Below the pieces are notes generated by a model. The model worked only from the letters and a program-made list of their open reading frames with translations. It ran no database searches and had not been told where the DNA came from. A stretch of 63,320 nt of DNA, filler included, from Platydemus manokwari (taxonomy: Eukaryota), in NCBI GenBank assembly GCA_037951405.1. It is 6 parts of 6 records of this genome, joined end to end, with 100 filler letters (N's around TTAATTAATTAA, not from the genome) between each part and the next. Parts side by side here need not be neighbours in the genome. Positions count along the whole stretch, not along the records: positions 22,053 to 32,084 come from JBBMOY011176877.1; positions 32,185 to 44,097 come from JBBMOY010394444.1; 4 more parts are not named here. The stretch is one strand, 5' to 3'. This document shows positions 24,895 through 37,539 of this stretch, piece by piece. Each line of letters opens with the position of its first letter. Position 1 is the stretch's first letter. A program made the translations under genes and the position numbers.

Positions 24895-27879
24895 AAATTT
24901 ACTGTATTTAATTAAAAAAAATCCTATCTTGATCACGTGTCCATGTTTTTTGTTGAGCTCTGTGTATGTGTCTGTGTGTGTGTTAAAATGGCTTATTTGT
25001 TGTGAGAACGATAATAAAACTATCTTTAAAGAAACCAACCATATTTACCCATGATATCTTGTTTTCAATGATTAATCTATATATTTTGTCATTTAGTGAG
25101 CTTTAATGTGACTGATTTATAAGATTGTGTCTTATTGATTGTTTTTGGCATTTCGTCGGACGAACTCTGTTCGTTTTCATTGATTTATGAGTGGCGGTTG
25201 TCTTTCAAAAATAGATTTTGTTAAATAGTTATAAGTTGTGAAAATTTATTTATGGCACTGTTGGAAGACGATATTCTATTGAAAAGAAATTAAGTCAAAT
25301 ATTCATGAATAATTTCCTTGAAGATAATTCAATTATCCTTCGTTTCATAACGAACCCCTATAACAGTTCTTAGTGAAGATTTTCGTTCAAGTTGATTTAA
25401 ACAGATAAAGTTTTGGAATTATTTACTTTGGTTAGAAAGTTTTATGTTTGTGTTTTAGCTATTCCTCAGGTTAAAATTTGTTTGTTTATGTAGAATATAA
25501 ATTGGATGTTATTTAACGTTGTCTCATTTAATTACTATCGTACCTTTGCTATTTCAATGGTCAAAGTTTTCAGTTTCATGACAACTATTTGTATAATTAT
25601 TTTTGTGTGCATTAGATATACCAAAAATGTTTTTGGAATTTGTCGTTTTCGAATTTCTAACCGATTCTGTTTAATAATTTGTGTACATTCATTTTCGTTT
25701 AATCATGTTACGCAATTTTTATTATATCAGTTTATTTTCGCTATATTTTTGATATTTTGTATCTAATATTTAAGTCTCCAACGTTTATGATAACTGCTTG
25801 TTTGTTTTACTTTCATTATTATTATATATGTGCGCCATATTACATTTCTTTTGTTTCTTTGGTTTAATAATAATTAAGTGAAATGTTTTTCTGACTCTTA
25901 ATATTTTAAGTAATCTTATAAAAGTTTTGTTTTTTTAATGAACTGTTGTTAGTATTTAGAGACATCAAAGATTTTAGATTATTACGGATGATAATAATTT
26001 GATTTTGAGTGATTTTCGTCAGTTTTAAAAATTACCTTCTAAAACAATGATTGATTTGTGATTAAAACTTTTTCGACAATTACATAATTTCATCGCCCTT
26101 ACAAAATATAATAATACCATGACATTAAAAATTAAACTTATCTTAATAATTATATCGTTAATATGAAAGGGATTCGTGATTTAAATATGTTGCTATATGT
26201 TGTTATAATCAGAAGTATTTTAATTCGAATAAAATTCAAAAAGCAAAAAAATCAAATGTTTTTTATTTAAACAAATTTTTGTTTTATTCACTTGATTGCT
26301 TTCAAATTCGTGCTTCTTATTTCTGAGAATTGTTGATATTCATAAAACCACTTGAAAAAGTAAATTAAAAATATCGAAATAACATCGAACATTGATTTCC
26401 TATCTAATTTAATTGTGAGCGTCGATTGCATTTGAATTTCATGTTAATGAATTGTCGAAAATTGTTTTTGTTAATATGTATATTTTCTTTTGTAAATGTA
26501 TTAAATGTTTCTCAAGGTGTTTCATTAAATCTTTTTTCTTTTAGAATCGTAGCGGGTTTAAAAATAATTTTCTCTTAAAATAAATAGGCACTTCAACATT
26601 GTTTATTCTAACGATATATTCAGGTTTGTCTATGTAAACACAATTGTTACATACTTATTGATAGAAAATTTCTTCACAACTGACTTTCAAATAAATTTAA
26701 TTGGATAAAATATTGTTGTAGAATTGTTTGCAAAATGTATGCGATTGTTTAAAAATTAAGTGGGGTATTTTAATGAACATTATTGTGTAACATTATGGTT
26801 GTAAAAATAAATTATGGTTTAATTTCCATTTATTAGGAGACAATGCACTTCAAACTGTTATGTGTAGTTTTAATTTTAAACTCCACTACTTTTGGAAATT
26901 CGCTATGTAACAACTTATAACAATAAATAAAACATGAGAAATGAAAACAGTAGACATGATTCATATCGATTTCTGACATTAGCTGGTTTTTTGGATTTCA
27001 TTTTTAAGAAATCGTACGCAGTCGATTTTAGTAGATTTTCGGTGAAATATTTTTTTATTAGTGGGAATATTATGTCTGTTTTAATAAATTTCAGTGCATG
27101 GCATATAATATCTTAGGCTCCGCGCTCGATTTCCTTAAAATTATTTTATTTTTATCAAAAAACAGACCCAGTTCTGATCTTATGCTATGATGCTATAAGA
27201 TAAATTTAAAAATAATTTATAATAATATTTTTTGTTTAAATTTTTAGTGTCCATAGGCCGTTGAATAATTTCATGATATATTTTAAAAAACAATCAGTGT
27301 ATCAACTTTTGAAGCTCCATCGATCTTTTTCTATTTTCTGTGTTTTTCAAATTGATCATATATGCAAAAATTGATATATAATTTTTAGTTTCATTACTCA
27401 TCAAAATTATGTATGATCAATGGTTACTTTTGGGGTTATTTTGTCTATTTTATTTATTTCAATTTTTATCTAACTTATGTTTATCTTGGCTTTGTCCTGT
27501 TTTTCAATCAACCTCCGTGGTTTTGTAATCCACATGTAGTAATTAGCCATATTTATTGCTTTTATAATCACTTTCGCCTCAATTGCTTCAAATACCCACG
27601 TAAAGACGAAAAGAGAGGCCGCAGGACAATGTTTATATCGAATTTATTACTAGAGCTCCTTCACAACTAAAATCGTGGTGAAATGAAAATGATTGATTAT
27701 TTCTATTTGAATGAAATGAACCCTTAAGCCCACTTGCTTTAATAAGAGCACTTATTTGTCCATTGAATAAGTTTTATTAATATGTTAGTTACATCCGATC
27801 CCAAAGCCTGATGGGACATAATAATTTTTCAAAATTGAATGGACAATAAAACATCCAAAATTAAAATGAAACAAAGCAA

Positions 27880-28140
27880 AATCAAGTCATATAAACCAGA
27901 ATCACAAATATCAGCCTAGCTGCAAAATTCACAATGGCCTCGACTATCTCGACTATCTGAAATTCATGTTGCAACAACAATTATGAATATGAAAACGGTT
28001 ATCAAAACAATCTGGCAAGTGTCCCGTACTTACATATCAACCTAAATTTGCTCGGTTATCGTAAAAACAATTAACCATCACAAGCCTTTATACCGTTTGC
28101 ATCAATATTAAAGGATTATTCTGAAGTTAAAAAGAAAGAT
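27880..28140 (+). mobile_element. Possible Penelope-like RT remnant
   Basis: NSQWPRLSRLSEIH...SRTY resembles the PLE RT motif PRLYGLPKIH..RPI..PTY; heavily decayed. Confidence 0.25.
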
Positions 28141-31064
28141 GAATATGCCATTTCAAGAATCCAAGTAATTTAACCATGTTCTTTATACATTGGCAATATT
28201 TCGTTAAATGCTTTTAAACAATATTTCAAATCAGTATGATTTAAACTGTGAAATCTCACAGCATCTAATTAAATAAATTAAAATTTTCGGTTAAAGTTAG
28301 CGACAATCTGTGGTTACGGGATCATTGTAGGTCTAGCCACTCTCAAGCTACTCAGCAAACTAGGGATGTTGCGGATGTTTATTGATTTTATAATTATCAA
28401 TATTTTATTTTAATCCGATAATAGGTAACATATTTCATTAATTATTATTGATTAATTAATTTATAAATTAATTTGGAGTCAGATTATATTAAAGTTACAT
28501 TGAATTTTGAAATAGATATCTTTAATAAAATAATAAACAACCCAAACGTAACAAATGTATCAAATTACAATTTTAGATATCTATACTCCAATAATTAAAA
28601 CACATGATGATACAATTCGTGAACTGAAATGATTTATAGGACTCCTTCGTAATATTGAAGCAAAATCGTATGTCAAGGAGTTGGTTACTAGCTATGTTAC
28701 TAGCATATAGATGATCTAATATAAATGCGTATGTTTTTATAAGCACTAGACACTTACTTATAACCATATGTCGGTTATTACTGACTGGCAAGGCTTCTGA
28801 TTCTATGACTGGTCCTCCTGTTAACGATCAGAGCATATAATTTCTGCCAGTAAGCTTCGCAAGAACTATGCTTGATTGGAATTAGCTTATGTCTTCCGAA
28901 TGCAATTCTTCTGGTGGTTTCAAACGGGTATGGGTTTGCACTGTGTGAATCTTCTTATATTTGAAATATTTCTTCGATTTTGAATGAAAAATAATTATTA
29001 ATTAAAATAAAGGTTTAATTTTATTAACTCGTTTTTATTTTCGGTTTTTATCAATTTATTTTTTTGTTTTATGATTTCAAATTTTTCATGGTCTGATTGA
29101 TCTTTTTATTTTATTTTGCTAAATAACAGAGGAATTTTTATTTGGACAATGATGTTTTCAATATTTATATGAGGATTTTATCGACATTAGTTTTATTTCC
29201 TTTATTCTATTGATAATTGTTTGTCAAATTATTAGTTCTTTTTTTCGGTATTCATGTTCATAATTTATTGTTCATTGTATCTAATTCAGACGGGGTTAAT
29301 TTATTTTTTGGTAGTGCATTATTTTACCTTAATATGAATAGTTATTAAGGTAGAATTTTATTTTGGTCCATAAATCACTTGTAATCAAAATATAAACTTG
29401 GAATCTGCACATCTAGAGAGTTTTTTTACTTTATGGTTTTATAGCAAGATATTCATACAGATCACCAAATAAAAAATGTTATTTTGCACATAAAATGTCA
29501 ATGCTATTTTTGTTTGTGTCCAAAATGTCATTACATTGGCTAAATTTGTCAAAATTTTAATCATCTATAGTAACATTAGAAAAACGTACGGTGATGTGTA
29601 ACTACTACCAATAATAGAATAAATTTCGAAGAAAAATATGTGTTTATACAATGAGAAATTACAGTTTAATCATACTTAAAAATATCACTCAAGAATCTTT
29701 AAGACACTTTGAAACAGCTTAACAAAAACTTTATTGGTCAAGACTCCAATTATTTCTATAGATATCAATATATCATTCCTGCAGTTTTAAACTTTAAATC
29801 AGTTCCATTTCTCCTTTTAATTATTTTCATACTCGAAGTTTCAAATTATAAACCAACTGAGCTCTTCGTTTCCATTTGCTGCAGTAGATTGAGTAATATC
29901 AGTATTGTATGTTTCTATTATTTGTTTACTTCTTTTATAGATAGTAATTGTTCTCTCTACTTTTTTATTTATTCTTTACTCTATTCTTTATTCTTTGCAT
30001 ATATTCTTTATAAATTTCATTTATTCTATTATTCTGCTTCATTTATTTTGTACATAATATCACATTATTTATTAAAATTAATCGATTTATCGTAAATCAT
30101 TAATAAAATGAACTAACTGTCTTAATCATTATCATTAAATTCAGAACAAAATAATACTATCATTTTCAATTGTCATCAAATGTTAGTAAAAATCAAGAAT
30201 TTATTCAAGCCTTAGTTTTTACCAAACCAGCAAGTTATTGGACAATTTTTCCTATCTTCATAAAAAAGAACATCGTTTATTCAAATTAATTCAGCCTATA
30301 TATGTCTGCCAACACATCTTTTAAAAATAAATAACTTTATAATTGGGGAAACGGATGAGAAGCTCACTATAATAGTCTAAAAATCAGTCCTCCAATTGAG
30401 GAAATGGCTGCCTAATAAGAAACAACTGTATGACTAGAAAACAATTTTGATCTTTCGTGTGTTCTACAGCCAAGCCTTATTTTGGTTGTATGTGCTATCT
30501 ATCTTTTATGTGTATATTATTATAAATAAACTTTATATATGTTCGTGGATAATTTTATATCAGGATTCAATTACATCAGAATATATTAACAATTGGATTT
30601 ATGAAACCACAAATAATCAAATATTATCATGATTTCAATTTTTCAACTTCCATTGAAAATATACCAGAGGGATTTATTGATTATTTTATAAAAATGAATT
30701 ACGAAGAGAATTATTCTGATTTTGAACGATTCTCATAAATATTTCTTTAAATTTGTTTATTATTTTTTTATTTATATAACTTGTGATATATAAAAGAGAT
30801 TTTTTTTTAACTTTTTTACTTAAAATAATCGACGAAAAAAAAATATATCTCCAAACCCAGAAAAAAATAAAACCAAAATGTAAGAACTGATTCGGTGGTT
30901 TTTATTAGCTTCTCCGAAATGTACAAATTAGAATTAAATATCTATGAAATTACAGAACACACGTAGATTTATGACGAAATTAATCCATGGTAACAGCTGG
31001 ATCACTTAAAATGCTTTATTTTTTCAAATCCCCATTATTGAAATACTTATTATTTAAAAAAAAC

Positions 31065-31756
31065 ATGGCATTTGTTGGACAATATTTTTCACTTTGTTCT
31101 GCAATATTTCTAATATCGTTGGATTCAGGACGATGTGCTCCTTCAAAACCTAGAGAAGCAGGTATATGAACTTTGAAGATTTTAATTTCTGAATTGGCTT
31201 GACAAATTAAGGACCTTGTATTGGTATGGACTGCTTGCATGGAGTACTCATGCATGGAGACGATAAAATGGGAAAAGCACATGTTCACACAGAAGAGAAA
31301 GTGGTAAAAGGAACAGATCATGTGAAAACAATCGATGAGCATATGCACGGGGTATTAATGCATGCTGATAAGGAGCCTGGGAAAGATCATTCTGACGATC
31401 ACGCGTTGGATAAAAAAATAGATGAAACTGTAAGAAAACACGAGGAATCTCAAATGAAAGTTGGTGTAAAGAATCCTCATGATCTAATTCATGAAAAGAA
31501 TGAATTAAAACCCGAAGTACGGGATTTTAAAGAATTTTCTGAAAATCGCTTAATTTCCTGGTTTGCAAGTTTATGGCGAGGTATATTTTCTTTATTCGTG
31601 CAGACAGAAGAAGAAGAAAAACCTGTACATGATATCTTGGATGACATGTCGCTTGTTGGAAATAGTGGACCATTGAAAGATCATCATAATCATCCAGATG
31701 AACATCCACAAGAAAAAAGAAAAAAGAACAAACGCAGAATTCATACGGAAAATTGA
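31065..31756 (+). CDS. Secreted histidine-rich protein of unknown function; exons 31065-31161 and 31212-31756
   Basis: Exon 1 encodes a signal-peptide-like MAFVGQYFSLCSAIFLISLDSGRCAP. A 50-nt GT-AG phase-1 intron joins it in frame to the 176-aa ORF, and AATAAA lies downstream (~31834). Confidence 0.8.
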
Positions 31757-32015
31757 GTTATAAGTTTGATTGATTAAGTTGATCTGATGGATTAATTATT
31801 AAAAAACATTTGTATGCTGTTATTCTTTCTTAAAATAAATAAAATATTTCTTAAGTGGAAAAATTTGAATTTTGTAAATATGCCTCTTTTTATAAATCAG
31901 GCATGTTTATTCCACTGGGTTGATATCTCATATCAATGGAGAATAATAGCATTTTAAATTTATATTATTCCATGTATGTTTTGGGGATCTCCCATATAAT
32001 TAACAATTTTTTCTA

Positions 32016-32084
<69 letters not shown>
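32016..32084. repeat. (ATT)n microsatellite running into a gap
   Basis: Seen directly. Confidence 0.95.
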
Positions 32085-32184
32085 NNNNNNNNNNNNNNNN
32101 NNNNNNNNNNNNNNNNNNNNNNNNNNNNTTAATTAATTAANNNNNNNNNNNNNNNNNNNNNNNNNNNNNNNNNNNNNNNNNNNN
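32085..32184. other. Assembly gap spacer
   Basis: N44-TTAATTAATTAA-N44. Confidence 0.98.
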
Positions 32185-32328
32185 ATGAGTAAAACAATTT
32201 AACCAATAATAAAAATTATTCTCTTTAAATTAAATATAATTGACAATTGCATATTATTACACTTTGAAAAATTAAATTTTAATTATACATCGAAATAAAT
32301 AAAAGATGACTTAAAATAATCATTAAAA

Positions 32329-32802
32329 TTATATTCTTTTAAAAAGATCTTCAAATTCTTTCAAAGTAACACAACCATTTCCATCTTCATCAATCTCATT
32401 AAGCATAAGTCCCATTTCGTGATTGCTAATTTCAGGTAACAAATTTCTAATAACAACCTGTAATTCTGCAATCGTTATTATGCCATCATTATCTTTATCG
32501 AAATTCCTAAACACTTCTCTTATTTTCTCTTCGTGCTTTTTTGATTTTTCAAGTAATAATTGTGGTTCCAGAAGTCTAACAAATTCTTCAAAATTCAAAG
32601 TATCGTCCAAACCTTTTTGTAATGTACTCATTACTTTTTGAACATCATTCGCACTGCTGGGTTGATTCAGCAATTTTAAAACCGATTTCAGTTCATGAGC
32701 ACAAATTGTTCCACTATTATCCTTATCAAACAATGCGAATGCTTCTTCTAATTGACGCAAAACCTTTTTGGATAGTTTAGAGTTTTCCCGGACGGTTTTC
32801 AT
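32329..32802 (-). CDS. Calmodulin-like four-EF-hand protein (divergent, intronless)
   Basis: EAFALFDKDNSGTICAHE, degenerate EF2, FRNFDKDNDGIITIAE and IDEDGNGCVTLKEF; 157 aa. Confidence 0.92.
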   Translation of the reverse strand: MKTVRENSKLSKKVLRQLEEAFALFDKDNSGTICAHELKSVLKLLNQPSSANDVQKVMSTLQKGLDDTLNFEEFVRLLEPQLLLEKSKKHEEKIREVFRNFDKDNDGIITIAELQVVIRNLLPEISNHEMGLMLNEIDEDGNGCVTLKEFEDLFKRI

Positions 32803-33039
32803 ATATTTAAATCAATAATTGGTAATCAATTTATTTAAATTTAATTATTAAGTCATCCTTTATGAAATGCTGTAGTAACTATGTTAGATATGAAGCGATC
32901 ACTAAAAATTATTTATTAAGTTTACTAATATATTATAATTTCTCGTTAATTTCAGGAGTTTCATGTTAGAAATATTGTTTGACTTCATGTTTAACGGTAT
33001 AATTATAATTTTATAGGATATTTTGAGGCTAGGTAAATG

Positions 33040-33480
33040 TTGTTACAAGAGATATATGGAGTACCTATATAAAAGAGAAGATATTCTTTAAGATATTCAA
33101 AAATGCGTACCTCAAGTGAAGTAAGTAATCAACTATCAAGGATCTGATCAAATTTTCTGCAATAATTAGTCACTGATGTGAAAGCCAAGATTGTACTCAT
33201 GTATTTAGAAGGTCGCATATTACATCCCATTAGAGTCAATCAGTTCGGCTTCCCAGAAACCGTCAGTAAGATTCTATGACTCGCAGGTCGACTTTTGGAG
33301 GATACAATTCGAATTACTTCCACCTACCGCAAACAACGAAATCAATGGAGTTGATAGAGAGATTATTCCTACCGTCGTCAAAATCATATTAGTCGCATAA
33401 GAAAGACTTATATATTAAAAGCTTATTGGTGCGAGAAACCAATAGCTTCAAAAAATCTGTATTAGTAGCGCAAAAATAAC
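33040..33480 (+). mobile_element. Decayed Gypsy-type integrase remnant
   Basis: QFGFPET.., TSTYRKQ..NGV.ER resemble the integrase core (FGxP..SDxG..TTPYHPQxNG..ER); frameshifted. Confidence 0.45.
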
Positions 33481-34831
33481 GAAATAAAAATAATTTCTCA
33501 AGTGTTTTAAAAAGAAGATAACACTGTCAAAGTTCATCAATTCGAGGAAAGTTCGAATTTGAAACTGAAAAATTACATATTAAGAGTTATATGTGTTTAC
33601 ATGAGTAAATATTAATAATAGAGGTTCCGAGATTCCAAGGATAATGGTTTCTATGAATATCTTCGACACCTTCCAATATCATGCCCAAGTAAGAAAATTT
33701 CACAGTTTATTGCTGACATGGCAGCAACTAAAAGAATTTCAGCCAATAGGGACTATATGAACCAAAGGTTTTTAGATCTAAATTATAAATAACAGACGCG
33801 TGCTTTTTAATGTCGAATTTCAATGCTGAAAATTGGTGATATGTACTCTTGGACAAGCATTTACAAGCTGCCCGAACGTCCATTCTCATATGTTGTATAT
33901 CCAATTATATATGAATTTTATCTTTGACGTCTACAACGTGTATGAAGTACTATTAGATTATTTCTTGATATTATAATTTGATTGAAGCAACACAGTAAAA
34001 ATCTCATACAGGGTAACATTTACAATGAAGTTATTATTAATGACATATCAAAATTTCTTTGACAAAAGAAACACTAATATTGGGTATTGAATAGTTTTTT
34101 GTCTCATACTGGTTCAGTATGTGCTTCAATAATATGGTATTGTAACGAAACTACCAATTTTTCTCCAACTCTACATTATAAACAAATCATTATTGTTTGA
34201 AGAGTTGCTTATTTTTACTGCATATTTATGAATCTAAAGTCCCTCGATAAATATGTGAAAATTAATGAGTTTTCACCATTTAAATTTCGTTGAAACACCA
34301 TTACTTCTTATTTTAAAATTTTAATTCTTGAATGTGCAGTTACTATTCAGTAAATTTATCACTTTAGAATATAAATGAAACCAGAAAATAAATAACCAAT
34401 ATTATAATAAAATCTAATTGGTAGATCCAAAGGGATGTTTATGGTTAATGAACTCTCAAGAGGAGTAAAACCAATTTTCAAGATGGTTGAGATTAACCCG
34501 CTAAGTAGGAAGAATGTATAATTATTATGAATATGTTAATTTGAGATTTTAAAAATATAAAAATACAACTGCTAGGTCCTCCAGTACAATACTAAACATA
34601 TGTAAATTCCGCATCCCCTGTACAAATGATCTTCTTCTTCTCTGCTGGATCGCAATCTTGACGTTATTATTATTAACGAAATTATTATATTATTGGTATT
34701 ATCGAAATTCTCTATTGTAAATTGCAGCCTGATGTCGTAAGTAATAACTGGGCATGTAATAATTGTGACCAATGTCTTGTATAGACAGCGATGATTCTCT
34801 CGTAGAATTTATCCACTTTTATTACTTAATG

Positions 34832-35280
34832 TGTTGGAATCCAAAAGAATCTAAGGTTGCAATTTCTATTTCACTGAGTCAGTACAAACCCTAATAACTC
34901 CGAAATTCAACAAAAACTCCATAAATCAATATAAAACAACAACAAAAAACTTGGGTTCCAACTGGTGGTTGGGTATTTTTACATCAGTATTTATTATTGA
35001 GATTTTGAAATTTAAGCATTACATTTTCACATGACCTTTTATTTCTCAAGATTCAATTGGACTTATTGATTTTGTGAAACCAAAATTGTTCCAGCCTTTT
35101 GTGTATGTTACTGTATGGTTATGTCCTTTTTTCAAATTAGAATTTTCCATCTAAGTCTTATGTGATTGGTTAGTTGCTATATCTGCATGGTAATGTAGGC
35201 GTGTGAATGCTTAAAGTGATAAAATAAGGGTTACATGATAGAAAATCGTTTTTTCTTTTGTCATACTTCGCCTCTATACA
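34832..35280 (-). repeat. Dispersed solo-LTR-like repeat, near full-length copy 3 (~450 bp)
   Basis: Homologous to 1900-2272. Bounded by tgttgg at 34832 (CCAACA on the minus strand) and contains the CCAAT-box block. Confidence 0.65.
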
Positions 35281-36151
35281 AAAAATACAATACATATGTT
35301 TTCAATGAACTGCAACTAATTGTGTGACACAGAGAAAATGTCTAATTGTAAATTATTCAAGTAAATATAAGTAATAACGATAAGTGGATATAATTCAATA
35401 AATTCAATATAATAAGAATTACGAACTATTGAATACAGACCTCGTCCCTAGAAAGATAATAATAATTATATAGATTCTTTCAAATTTTTCGTGCTTAATT
35501 TGGTTAAAATGGTATAAAATCTAAAAATAGAATAAAATAAATCTATAAATAAATCACGTAAAACAAGTTAACTAAATATAGTGAAAGTGCAAATAATTAA
35601 TCACATAATAGCATAAAAAATACAAACATAAAAAACAATAATAAGAAAAAAAACCAATAGATTAGTAAATACCAATAATAAAACCATGGAACTGGCCCAT
35701 AATTTAACAAGCGACAAATTTTATATTTTTAAGTTTGCATTTAATGGTACTTCATTTCTCAAGTCATGCAACTAAAAATTGTTGATAGGCTGAGAATTAC
35801 TGAATTATTGAATAGGTTTATTATACCAAATTTTCTTATTTCACCAAGTTATAAATTATAAATATTAATTTGAAGATAAATAATTCCTTAATCATCATCA
35901 GTTCATTTGGCTGGGATCCAGTCCAATCAAATTATAGTTAATATCTTAATTTATAATTTACAATTAAGATCTTAACTGTTGTAATGTTAAAATCTTCAAA
36001 TCTTCTAGAGTAATGAACGAAATCATAACAAAATAAAACATATGATAACAATGAAAAGATCAATAACGTGTTAATAATGCTAACCTATGTTATATAAAAG
36101 TAGAAAAATGAAAACAATTATAATAAAATTAACAATTATTTAAATGAATTA

Positions 36152-36152
36152 A

Positions 36153-36183
<31 letters not shown>
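36152..36183. repeat. (AAT)n microsatellite
   Basis: Seen directly. Confidence 0.9.
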
Positions 36184-36184
<1 letters not shown>

Positions 36185-37539
36185 GTAATAAACATACACA
36201 AATGAAACATATACAATTACAAACAGTCATGACAATTTCTAAGTTGTCATGACACTAGCCGAGTTGTTAGCGAAACTAAACAAACAACCAATCATGGCAA
36301 ACATAAGATACAAACAAAAATTGTAAAAAAATTGGTATAAAAGGGAAAACAATTTAAATTCGGATCTCGTCAACCACACTATGAGTGATTTTCATTTATT
36401 ATTGTTAATTATATTTAATGTTAGTAATGACCTGGAGGGGATTATTAATTCATAAAACTCAATTATCAAAGTTTTCGAAAAATGTTTGACTTCTTTCAAA
36501 GTTCATATTTCTGCAGACAATCGTTTTTCACTATTTTGGTGGCAATGGTTTTTAAATCACTTTCAAGACAAGACAGCGGAAACAAATTTAAAATCACTTT
36601 GTATCAGTAGTTATTGTGTCTATTTCATTTAATAAAAATGATCAAAGATCAATTAAACTCGAATATATCATACATGTAACTGGGATGATTCAGATATTGG
36701 TGGAATTGTCTTATCATATATCCTTTCTCATAGTTAATAAAGTATTATCGACACCACCAAATTTTATCACTTCTTTGTCATTTGATTTTACCGAATTTCA
36801 TCACAAGTAATTCTTGGATTTTGTACATCATCATATACCGCTTTGCTAATAATAGTTCCAAGATTCATGATCTATATTCAGCATATTATAAACAAATTTC
36901 ATTGTTACAGTTCTTAACTCTGGGAATGTCAACATATGATTAAACACCAGCTAATGAGGAGCTCTGTAAATTATAAAAATTGCTTTCAGAAATAAAATGA
37001 AAATTTCAAAACAAATTTTCACTTACCAAAAACATCATCATATTTTTATTTGTAAATCGACAAACATATTGGGGGCAATTTTAACAGCTAATATCTAACT
37101 GGAAATCTGTGAGATGTATTTTAGCTAACCGTTTATTTTTCGTAACAATATTTATGTTTTCTATTAAATCACATTTTCAAACGTATATTGATTCCGTTTA
37201 GTTCAATTAAAAAAAAATCAATTTTAAAAACCTCTCACAAATGCGAACCCACTTTGAATGAACAATGAAAGATGCTTTGATTTGCTTTGATGAATGAAAA
37301 CACATAAATCTGACTTCATTATTCTAAAATAGAATTTCAATCCGTTAATAATACAACGGTTAAAATCGTATGCATTTTTTAATAGATTTTTATAAACAAT
37401 GAAATCAAAGGATCGTCAGTTTTATAATAAATACGCCATTCAATACATATATTTTTGAATTAGAACACAAAACACCTTGAAAAATAAATAATAAATTTCA
37501 AGTTTATGATTCTGCTTTCAATGAATCTCTCTAAAAATG

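Noticed and set aside
25148-25185. Hammerhead-ribozyme-like hairpin on the minus strand (TGAAAA-CGAAC/GTTCG-...GAAA)
   Set aside because: The CUGANGA core is not intact and stems I and III are not evident.
29709-30095. 128-aa hydrophobic ORF (similarly 25506-25766, 27413-27670, 45437-45754)
   Set aside because: F/I/L/Y-rich composition is expected from AT-rich noncoding DNA; no motifs.
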